Shown: piece by piece, positions 15,389 to 22,584 of the stretch
Position numbering within the stretch: the stretch's first letter is position 1
Layout of the letters: each line of letters opens with the position of its first letter
Source of the DNA: Anaerolineae bacterium
Lineage (GTDB): Bacteria > Chloroflexota > Anaerolineae > JAADDB01
Reading direction: 5' to 3'
Length of the DNA: 35,927 nt
NCBI GenBank assembly: GCA_015489285.1
Contig: WGAA01000230.1
Location: 1-35,927, forward strand
Program-made: the position numbers and the translations under genes
The notes under the pieces: model-generated
Database searches by the model: none
Seen by the model: only the letters and a program-made list of their open reading frames with translations
Told to the model about the DNA's origin: nothing

Positions 15389-16618
15389 ATGGCGCCTTTT
15401 CCTTTGACTCTGTCCAAACCTCTTCTGTACGTGGTTCTGCTTATTCTGGGCTTTGGTTTCGGCTTTGCCCTGGAAACGTCCGGGTTCAACTACGCGCCCA
15501 ACCTGGCCGCCCAGTTTTACTTCAAGGACACCCGGGTCCTCAAGGTCATGTTCACGGCCATCATCGTGGCCATGGTCCTCGTGTTCCTGGCCGTGGAGAC
15601 GTTCGTCCTGGATTATTCCCTCATCTGGGTGCCCCCCACCTACTTGTGGCCGGGGATCCTGGGCGGGTTGATTATGGGCGTGGGCTTCATCATCGGAGGA
15701 TACTGTCCGGGGACCTCTATGGTCGCCGCGGTGACGGGCAAGATCGACGGGATCTTCTTCGTCCTCGGCGGCATCGCCGGCTGTATCACCTTTTCCGAAA
15801 CGGAGCGGTTCTTCCATTACTTCTATAACGACAGTTACTACGGCCGCCTGACGCTGATGGACGTGTTCCACCTGCCCATTGGGGTCGTTGTGCTCCTCGT
15901 GCTCTTCATGGCCTTCTTCATGTTCTGGATTTCGGAAAAGCTGGAACAGCGGTTCGGGGGGAAGGACCCGGCTCAGGAATCCCGGTTGCGTTACGCGGTG
16001 GCCCTGGTGATCCTCCTGGCCGGTGTGGGCGTCCTCCTCATCGGTGACCCGACGCCGGAACGGGGTTGGGCCCATATCGCTCCCCAGAAGCAACCGCTCC
16101 TGGAAAACCGCAGCGTCTACATTCACCCCGGCGAGGTTCTGAAGTACATCGACGACGACACGGTCGCGGTGGAGTTGATCGACGTCCGGGATGATGCGGC
16201 CTACAACCTGTTCCACCTCTACTGGGCGAAACACGTGCCCCTCGCACGCATAGACACCATCGTGCCCACCCTGGCGAAGAACCCCTACGCGGATTCCACC
16301 CTCGTGGTGGTCATGAGCAACGACGAGACGTTGGCCACGGAAGCGTGGAAGCACCTCGTGGGGGGTAACGTGCCGAACGTGTATATCATGGACGGGGGCC
16401 TGAACCACTGGCTGGAGGTGTTCGGTGAAGAGGATGGGTTGGAACCCCTTCCCGGGCCCTTCGCGGATGAGGAGCTGCACTTCCGCATCCCTCAAGCCAA
16501 AGGGGACGGATTTGCGGCTTCGCAACCTTGGTGGCATCATTATAAAGACGTGTTACAATTTACCCCTAAAGTGAAGCTCCAACGCAAGAAGGCGCCAACA
16601 GGCGGTGGGTGCGGTTAA
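15389..16618 (+). CDS. YeeE/YedE half-size subunit B fused to a Cys-less rhodanese-like domain, with a C-terminal GGGCG tail
   Basis: GGYCPGTSMVA transporter motif and six hydrophobic helices (aa 12-219). Rhodanese pattern LIDVRDDAAYNLFHLYWAKHVP ... LVVVMSNDETLATEAW ... VYIMDGGLNHW, with Met where the catalytic Cys normally sits. Terminal ...KVKLQRKKAPTGGGCG-stop. Confidence 0.8.
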   Translation: MAPFPLTLSKPLLYVVLLILGFGFGFALETSGFNYAPNLAAQFYFKDTRVLKVMFTAIIVAMVLVFLAVETFVLDYSLIWVPPTYLWPGILGGLIMGVGFIIGGYCPGTSMVAAVTGKIDGIFFVLGGIAGCITFSETERFFHYFYNDSYYGRLTLMDVFHLPIGVVVLLVLFMAFFMFWISEKLEQRFGGKDPAQESRLRYAVALVILLAGVGVLLIGDPTPERGWAHIAPQKQPLLENRSVYIHPGEVLKYIDDDTVAVELIDVRDDAAYNLFHLYWAKHVPLARIDTIVPTLAKNPYADSTLVVVMSNDETLATEAWKHLVGGNVPNVYIMDGGLNHWLEVFGEEDGLEPLPGPFADEELHFRIPQAKGDGFAASQPWWHHYKDVLQFTPKVKLQRKKAPTGGGCG

Positions 16619-16652
16619 GACGAGCCCGCTTCGAAACCGCTCATCTCTGTCC

Positions 16653-16682
16653 TAGAGCCCGACGCCTTGGCGTCGGGCTCTA
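16653..16682 (+). terminator. Rho-independent-type terminator after the cytochrome/YeeE operon
   Basis: Perfect 14-bp inverted repeat TAGAGCCCGACGCC-tt-GGCGTCGGGCTCTA, followed by CTCGTTTAT (short T-run). Confidence 0.55.
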
Positions 16683-16703
16683 CTCGTTTATGGGGGAGGA
16701 CTC

Positions 16704-17645
16704 ATGCTCAAGTTTTGGGAAAGCCTCATCGGCGGTGTGGCCCAGAAATGGCTGGACCGGCTCATTAGCCCGGCTCTGGCCTTCTGGCTGACGGGGGGAC
16801 TCTTGTACGCGTCCCGCGTGGGATGGGATCGGGTGGAGGAGGTGTTCCGCACCTTGCCCGACTTCGTGACGGTCAGTGTCCTCGCGTTGGCCCTGCTCGT
16901 CGTCGTGGGCTCGGCCACCCTGGTCGAGGGATTGCAGGAGAGTTTGCTCCACTTCCTGGAGGGACATTGGCCCGGCTGGCTGGGGTGGCTTCGCGGTCTC
17001 CTGGTTCGGCGTGAACGTCGTCGCTTTACCCGCGCCCAGGCCCGGCTCCGGGAACTGGCCCAACGCTGGTCCGACCTTACCCCGGAGGAGCGGGAGGAGT
17101 TCACCCGCCTCGACCTCCTCGCCCACTCCTATCCACGCATCTTACCCATCCAACCCACCCGGGTGGGCAACATCCTGCGAGCGGCGGAGGAGTACCCCCA
17201 GCGCCGTTACGGCCTGCGCCCCCGGGTGATCTGGCCCCGCCTGTGGCTCATCCTTCCCGACAGGCCTCGGGGGGAAGTGGCCCAGGCGCGAGAACGCCTC
17301 AACTCGGCCCTGCGCATCATGGTCTGGAGCCTGGCCTTTCTCCTCTGGTGCTATCTGACCATCCCCGGCACTCCCATCATTCGCCCGCGTCCCCCGGTGA
17401 CCGCCCCCGTGTGGGTGGTGCTTGGGGCCTACCTGCGCGTGTGTTGGCCGGCGCTCGTCACCCTTGCAGGCCTTTTGTGGGGGTACAGGCGCGTCGTGGC
17501 CGCAGCGGAAACGTACGGGGACATCCTGCGCGCGGTGTTCGACCTGTACCGGGATGAGCTGTATGAGGCCCTCCGCTGGCCCGAAAAGGGGGAGGAGTGG
17601 GAGCGAGGCCGGGACCTATCCCGGTTCCTCTGGCACGGGAAGTAG
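16704..17645 (+). CDS. Hypothetical membrane protein (313 aa), no family recognised
   Basis: ATG after GGGGGAGGA. Hydrophobic helices at aa ~20-40, 55-75, 215-235 and 250-275, around an Arg/Glu-rich soluble segment (PTRVGNILRAAEEYPQRRYGLRPRVIWPRLW). Confidence 0.6.
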   Translation: MLKFWESLIGGVAQKWLDRLISPALAFWLTGGLLYASRVGWDRVEEVFRTLPDFVTVSVLALALLVVVGSATLVEGLQESLLHFLEGHWPGWLGWLRGLLVRRERRRFTRAQARLRELAQRWSDLTPEEREEFTRLDLLAHSYPRILPIQPTRVGNILRAAEEYPQRRYGLRPRVIWPRLWLILPDRPRGEVAQARERLNSALRIMVWSLAFLLWCYLTIPGTPIIRPRPPVTAPVWVVLGAYLRVCWPALVTLAGLLWGYRRVVAAAETYGDILRAVFDLYRDELYEALRWPEKGEEWERGRDLSRFLWHGK

Positions 17646-17781
17646 GGCCGACTTGGGGGACCCTGATGCGTAACGTCACTCGTCATTCGTCATGCGTCAG
17701 GCGCCGGTGAGAACGTCGGCGCGGTTAGCGCAACCTGGCTTAAAATACGTGATGCGTGATTCGTAATGCGTAAGGAGGATT

Positions 17782-17812
17782 GGCGCGATAGGGTCAACCT
17801 TGTCTTCGCGCC
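17782..17812 (-). repeat. Conserved-loop element copy 3
   Basis: Reverse complement reads GGCGCGAAGACAAGGTTGACCCTATCGCGCC (7-bp stem GGCGCGA/TCGCGCC). Confidence 0.6.
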
Positions 17813-17941
17813 ATCCTTTCGTTCGTCGGTGGTCGGTCGTCGGGTGTCATTCGTCATCCGTCATGCGTCAGGCGCCGGTGAGAACGTCGGCGCTGCAGGC
17901 GTAGTTTGGCGTGATGACGTGATGCGTAATTTGGGCGACGA

Positions 17942-17978
17942 GGTTCGCGCTGTGGGGCCAACCTTGTCTTCGTGCCGG
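17942..17978 (-). repeat. Conserved-loop element copy 4 (more diverged)
   Basis: Reverse complement reads CCGGCACGAAGACAAGGTTGGCCCCACAGCGCGAACC. Confidence 0.5.
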
Positions 17979-18113
17979 TCAGTTACTCGTTACTCCGTTA
18001 CTCGTTATTTCCCATGTGTGATATAGTAGGGGTGGAGGTGGGGAGTGCCTCCCGCCTCCTTCACACCGATGTGCGTCCCATCCAAATTTCAGTACACCAC
18101 GAGGAGGTGCGTC

Positions 18114-18692
18114 ATGTCGAAGAAGATCCTCATGTTGGTCGGCGACTACGCGGAAGACTACGAAACCATGGTGCCCTTCCAGGCCCTCCAGATGGTCGGC
18201 TACACCGTCCACGCGGTGTGTCCGGGCAAGAAAGCAGGGGAGTTCGTGCGCACGGCCATCCACGATTTCGAGGGAGATCAGACGTACAGCGAGAAGCGGG
18301 GGCATAATTTCACCCTCAACGCCACATTCGACGAAATCGACCCCGCGGAATACGATGGTCTGGTGCTCCCGGGGGGCCGGGCGCCGGAGTACATCCGCCT
18401 CAACGAACGGGTCCTGGAAATCGTTCGGCACTTTGCCGAGACCAACAAGCCCATCGCGGCCATCTGCCACGGGCCTCTGGTGCTGGCCGCTGCAGGGGTA
18501 CTCAAAGGACGTAAGGCGACGGCCTACCCGGCCGTGGGGCCGGATGTGGCGAACGCGGGGGCGGAATACGTGAGTGTCCCCGTCGACCAGGCCTTTGTGG
18601 ACGGCAACCTGGTCACCGCGCCGGCGTGGCCTGCCCATCCCGTATGGCTAGCCAAGTTCCTGGAAGTCCTCGGCGCCAAGGTGGAAATCTAA
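18114..18692 (+). CDS. DJ-1/PfpI family protein (PfpI-type intracellular protease/glyoxalase-like)
   Basis: [23 protein letters not shown], nucleophile elbow [13 protein letters not shown], ~192 aa. ATG 18114 after GAGGAGGTG. Confidence 0.9.
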   Translation: MSKKILMLVGDYAEDYETMVPFQALQMVGYTVHAVCPGKKAGEFVRTAIHDFEGDQTYSEKRGHNFTLNATFDEIDPAEYDGLVLPGGRAPEYIRLNERVLEIVRHFAETNKPIAAICHGPLVLAAAGVLKGRKATAYPAVGPDVANAGAEYVSVPVDQAFVDGNLVTAPAWPAHPVWLAKFLEVLGAKVEI

Positions 18693-18718
18693 CCCCTCGT
18701 CGGGGCACCGTCATCGCT

Positions 18719-18762
18719 CCTTAGTACTCGGCGCTTTTCGTCCCAAGCGCCGAGTACTAAGG
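18719..18762. terminator. Bidirectional terminator hairpin between convergent genes
   Basis: 18-bp arms CCTTAGTACTCGGCGCTT / AAGCGCCGAGTACTAAGG with an 8-nt loop, between the DJ-1 stop (18692) and the ABC ATPase stop (18770). Confidence 0.6.
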
Positions 18763-18769
18763 TCCCCCC

Positions 18770-19543
18770 TCACAGAATGTGCCGCAGGAACTCGCGAGTA
18801 CGTTCGTGCTTCGGGTGGGAGAACATCTCCTCGGGAGGGGCTTCCTCCACGAACACCCCCTGATCCATGAAGATAACCCGGTTGGCAGCGTGGCGGGCGA
18901 ACCCCATCTCATGAGTGACCACCAGCATGGTCATGCCCTCCGCGGCCAACTCCTCCATGACCTTCAACACCTCTCCGACCAGCTCCGGGTCCAGGGCCGA
19001 TGTGGGCTCATCGAAGAGCATCACGTCCGGGTGCATGGCCAGCGCGCGGGCAATGGCCACCCGTTGCTGTTGTCCCCCGGAAAGGCGGCTCGGGTACTCA
19101 TCCCGTTTATCCATCAAGCCCACCTTCTCCAGGAAGTACTCGCCGATGCGTATCGCTTCCTCCCGGGGCATCTTCTTCACCGTCACCAACCCTTCGATAA
19201 CGTTCTCCAGCGCGGTCATGTGGGGGAAGAGGTTGAACGACTGGAACACCATGCCCACGTGGGTGCGCAACTCCCGAATGAGACGTTGTTCCCGCCGACC
19301 GTAGTGATGTTTGGCCTTGATGTGATACCCCGCGATGCGAATTTCCCCGATATCGGGCTTCTCCAGGAGGTTCAAACAGCGCAAGAAGGTGCTTTTCCCG
19401 CTCCCGCTGGGGCCGATGATGCACACCACCTCCTGGGGGCGCACCTGTAAGTTCACCCCTCGAAGGACGTGAAGGTTACCGAACCACTTGTGCAAATTGG
19501 ATACATCAACGATATACTCTTCCGATTGCTCCCGTTCTTCCAT
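18770..19543 (-). CDS. Polar amino-acid ABC transporter ATP-binding protein (GlnQ/ArtP-like)
   Basis: Walker [10 protein letters not shown], signature [15 protein letters not shown], Walker [12 protein letters not shown], and the conserved C-terminus ...ERTREFL. Confidence 0.9.
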   Translation of the reverse strand: MEEREQSEEYIVDVSNLHKWFGNLHVLRGVNLQVRPQEVVCIIGPSGSGKSTFLRCLNLLEKPDIGEIRIAGYHIKAKHHYGRREQRLIRELRTHVGMVFQSFNLFPHMTALENVIEGLVTVKKMPREEAIRIGEYFLEKVGLMDKRDEYPSRLSGGQQQRVAIARALAMHPDVMLFDEPTSALDPELVGEVLKVMEELAAEGMTMLVVTHEMGFARHAANRVIFMDQGVFVEEAPPEEMFSHPKHERTREFLRHIL

Positions 19544-19613
19544 CTACCTCCTCCCCTTCCCTTCCGAACACTTCGGGACCACGTCGTTCCGACGTCCCCA
19601 CCGCCCCTCCGTC

Positions 19614-20468
19614 TCAGTGGAGCACCATCTGGCGTTCGGATTTGCCCAAACGCCGTTCGATCTGGCGCTGGATGTTCTCGAAGATCATGGTGACCATCCA
19701 GTAAAATGCGGCAGCGATGAGCAACGTCTCCATACTGCGGAAGTATTGGCGGCCTACCTTTTGAGCCCGCCAGAAGAGCTCGTGCACCCCCATAAAGGAG
19801 ACGAGCGCGCTATCCTTGAGCATGGCGATGAACTCATTCCCCGTGGGAGGGATGATGACCCGCAGGGCCTGAGGGAGGATAATGCGACGCATCATCTGCC
19901 CATACGTCATGCCCAGGGCCAGCGCGGCCTCTCGCTGCCCGTGGGGGATGGATTGAATGCCCGCCCGGAAGATCTCCGTCATGTAGGCCCCGTAGTTCAC
20001 CCCCAGGGCCAGAATGCCCGACAGGGTCGCCGGCAAGATCAACCAGTGACTCCACGGCTTATCCGGAAAGGTCTGGGCGATTTGGGGCAAGGCCAGGTAG
20101 ACGAAGAAGATTTGCACAATCAGGGGGGTGCCGCGAATGATGGAAATGTAAAACGTGGAAATGCTGTTGAACACCGGATTCGTGGAAATCCGACCCAACG
20201 CGCCCAAAAGGGCCAGCACAATGGCCAGGGAAATGGACGCCGCGGAGACGAACAACGTCATCGGAATACCGCGTGCAATGTAAGGCAACCATTTCCGCTG
20301 AAATGAGGTATCCAGACCCAGGCGACGCAGGACCAGGTACAAGAAGATGAGGATGATGACATACGTGATAGCAAATCGGGCTCGCTGCCCCGAACGGGAA
20401 TGCCACCAACCGGAAAACCCCCGTGCTTGAGGGGGTACAACTTCAGGTGCTGCTTCCGACACAGACAT
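19614..20468 (-). CDS. Polar amino-acid ABC transporter permease (HisM/GlnP family)
   Basis: RGTPLIVQIFFVYLALP... EAALALGMTYGQMMRRIILPQALRVIIPP (EAA loop). ATG 20468 after GGGAGGAGGG. Confidence 0.85.
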   Translation of the reverse strand: MSVSEAAPEVVPPQARGFSGWWHSRSGQRARFAITYVIILIFLYLVLRRLGLDTSFQRKWLPYIARGIPMTLFVSAASISLAIVLALLGALGRISTNPVFNSISTFYISIIRGTPLIVQIFFVYLALPQIAQTFPDKPWSHWLILPATLSGILALGVNYGAYMTEIFRAGIQSIPHGQREAALALGMTYGQMMRRIILPQALRVIIPPTGNEFIAMLKDSALVSFMGVHELFWRAQKVGRQYFRSMETLLIAAAFYWMVTMIFENIQRQIERRLGKSERQMVLH

Positions 20469-20529
20469 CTTACGCCCTCCTCCCAACCGTGGGAGGGGGA
20501 TATCCTCTATCCCCCCTCCCACGGGTCAC

Positions 20530-21474
20530 TCATCGTACAATCCTCGTTCCCGTCTCCCCGCGCAGTGCGCGCGTAATGTTTTCCGGATTCGTGATGATAG
20601 CCTCTTTTCCTCCAGCCTCCAAAAATCGGATACACGCTTCTACCTTCGGCAACATGCTTCCCGGCGCGAAGTGTCCCTCCGCGATATACCGTTTCGCCTC
20701 CTCCACCGTCATCCGGTCCAACCACTTCTGGTTTGGCTTACCGAAGTTAATGGCCACCTTCTCCACCGCGGTGGAGATCAGGAAAAGATCGGCCCGAATT
20801 TCCCGGGCCAGGAGGCTGCTGGCCTTATCCTTGTCGATGACCGCGGCCACCCCTTGCAGGGAACCATCCTCCGTCTCGACCACAGGGATGCCTCCCCCGC
20901 CCGTGGCGATGACGATCCAGCCGTTGCGCACGGCTTGCTCGATGGCCGGACGTTCAACGATGGCCTTGGGCTCGGGAGAAGGGACCACCCGTCGCCACCC
21001 ACGCCCTGCGTCCTCCACCACGGGCCACCCCTCGGCCGCGAACTTCTCGGCCTCCTCCTTGGTGAGGAAACCGCCGATGGGCTTCGTCGGGTGTTGGAAC
21101 GCGGGATCACCCTTGTCGACCAGCACCTGGGTGACCACCGTGTAGGCCAATTTCTGCATCCCGCGGCGCCGGAACTCGTTATCCAGGGCCTGTTGCAACA
21201 TGTAACCGATGGACCCCTGCGTATCGGCCACGATAATGTCCATGGGGGTCATGTGAACCTCGTGCGCGGCCAACTCATTCCGCCGCAGGATGAACCCCAC
21301 CTGCGGGCCGTTGCCGTGGGTGACGACCACATCCCACCCTTCCTCGATCATATCCGCGATGTGGCGACACGTCTCCCGCACCGCTTCCCACTGGTACTTC
21401 ACCTCCACGTGCTGTTTGTCCTTGATGAGGGAATTTCCCCCAATAGCGACTACTGCGACGCGCCTGTTGCTCAT
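20530..21474 (-). CDS. arcC: Carbamate kinase
   Basis: VVAIGGNSL, VVTHGNGPQVG, TKPIGGF, RRVVPSPEP, ATGGGGIPV, AVIDKDKAS, FAPGSMLPKV. ATG 21474 after GAGGTGA; GTG 21483 alternative. Confidence 0.9.
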   Translation of the reverse strand: MSNRRVAVVAIGGNSLIKDKQHVEVKYQWEAVRETCRHIADMIEEGWDVVVTHGNGPQVGFILRRNELAAHEVHMTPMDIIVADTQGSIGYMLQQALDNEFRRRGMQKLAYTVVTQVLVDKGDPAFQHPTKPIGGFLTKEEAEKFAAEGWPVVEDAGRGWRRVVPSPEPKAIVERPAIEQAVRNGWIVIATGGGGIPVVETEDGSLQGVAAVIDKDKASSLLAREIRADLFLISTAVEKVAINFGKPNQKWLDRMTVEEAKRYIAEGHFAPGSMLPKVEACIRFLEAGGKEAIITNPENITRALRGETGTRIVR

Positions 21475-21479
21475 CGATC

Positions 21480-22457
21480 TCACCTCATTGTCAAAGCCAT
21501 GATAGCTTTTTGGACGTGGAGACGATTTTCCGCCTCGTCGAAGACCACGGATTGGGGCCCGTCCAACACCGAGCTCGCCACCTCGATATCCCGGTCCGCG
21601 GGGAGAGGATGCATGTAAATCGCGTCCGGGGCGGCCAGGGCCATGCGCTCATCGGTCACAATCCAATCCTTGTACTTATCCTGCAACTTCTTGCCCTCCT
21701 CGGGATCCGTCGTCGTCAGAAGGGGACCCCAGGATTTGGCATAAACCACATCGGCCCCTTTGAAGCCCTCATCCATGTCGTGGACGATGTCGAAACCGGT
21801 GCCGTGCTTCCGGGCGAGCGCCTTGGCCTCCTCCACGATCTCCGGCATGAGCGGAAATTCCGGGGGATAGGAAAGAACCACGTCCATGCCAAACCGCGGC
21901 ATCAACAGAATCAACGACTGGGGGACGGAAATCGGCTTCAAGTACGAAGCCGCGTAGGCCCAGGACACGACGATGCGTTTGCCCTGAGGATTGCCCTTCT
22001 TCTCCATGATGGTCATCAAATCGGCCAGGATCTGGAAGGGATGGAAGATGTCGCACTGCATGTTGAGGACCGGCACCCGGGAAGCCGAGGCCACGTCCCG
22101 GATGTACTTGTTCCCAATGCCCCAATCCACGTTGCGGATGGCGATGCCGTCGAAATACCGGCCCAGGATCTCGCCGATCTCCTTGGCCGTATCCCCGTGC
22201 GCGATCTGCGTTGTCCGGGACTCGATGAACGCGGCATGTCCCCCCAATTGGGCCATCCCCGCCTCAAAGGAGGACCGGGTCCGCGTGCTCGAGTAGAAGA
22301 ACAGCATCGCCAACGTCTTGTCCCGCAACAGGGGGTGCGGAATACCCAACGCGCGTTCCTGCTTCAAGCGAAACGCGACCTCCAGCGCGGTCTCCAACTC
22401 CTCCTTGGTCCATTCCAAGGTCGTAATCATATCTCGTCCGCGCAAATTCGTCTGCAT
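21480..22457 (-). CDS. Carbamoyltransferase of the OTC/ATC superfamily, YgeW-like (unknown second substrate)
   Basis: STRTR carbamoyl-phosphate motif, TQIAHGDT, MQCDIFHPFQ, WAYAASYLKPISVPQS, RFGMDV, YAKSWGP, YMHPLPAD. These blocks resemble E. coli YgeW as I recall it. ATG 22457 after AGGAGG; the ORF track start 22463 is TTG. Confidence 0.75.
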   Translation of the reverse strand: MQTNLRGRDMITTLEWTKEELETALEVAFRLKQERALGIPHPLLRDKTLAMLFFYSSTRTRSSFEAGMAQLGGHAAFIESRTTQIAHGDTAKEIGEILGRYFDGIAIRNVDWGIGNKYIRDVASASRVPVLNMQCDIFHPFQILADLMTIMEKKGNPQGKRIVVSWAYAASYLKPISVPQSLILLMPRFGMDVVLSYPPEFPLMPEIVEEAKALARKHGTGFDIVHDMDEGFKGADVVYAKSWGPLLTTTDPEEGKKLQDKYKDWIVTDERMALAAPDAIYMHPLPADRDIEVASSVLDGPQSVVFDEAENRLHVQKAIMALTMR

Positions 22458-22584
22458 GGCCAACCTCCTAGAAAGGAATTATCGAGCCCACCCCACACAA
22501 CACCGGCGGGGAAAGGCATCCGCCCGGAACGGAAGGTGCACAGCCGTCCCGGACGGGTAAAAGCACGGTCAAACCGCCGCGAGC

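Larger units (their letters stand above)
17664..18010 (-). repeat. Intergenic repeat cluster B (reverse-complement counterpart of cluster A)
   Basis: Heptads CGTCACT CGTCATT CGTCATG CGTCAGG. CGTGATG CGTGATT CGTAATG CGTAAGG. GTTACTC arrays at 17982-18010. Two copies of the conserved element. Internal ~45-bp direct repeat at 17681-17722 / 17846-17893. Confidence 0.8.

Noticed and set aside
16106-16423. Rhodanese domain as an active thiosulfate sulfurtransferase
   Set aside because: The active-site loop position reads MSNDET with no cysteine, so classical persulfide catalysis at that site is excluded. Only the terminal-tail Cys remains as a candidate reactive residue.
14807-16540. 577-aa ORF on the minus strand opposite the two YeeE/YedE genes
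   Set aside because: It is antisense to genes with clear family motifs and RBSs. Its translation is Arg/Pro/Gly/His/Asp-rich low complexity, typical of shadow ORFs in GC-rich DNA, with no recognisable domain.
7145-17663. The repeat-bracketed 10.4-kb block as a composite transposon or genomic island
   Set aside because: There is no transposase, integrase, tRNA attachment site or obvious target-site duplication. A housekeeping coaX lies inside, and by eye the block composition matches the flanks. I kept it only as an inversion/recombination hypothesis in the findings.
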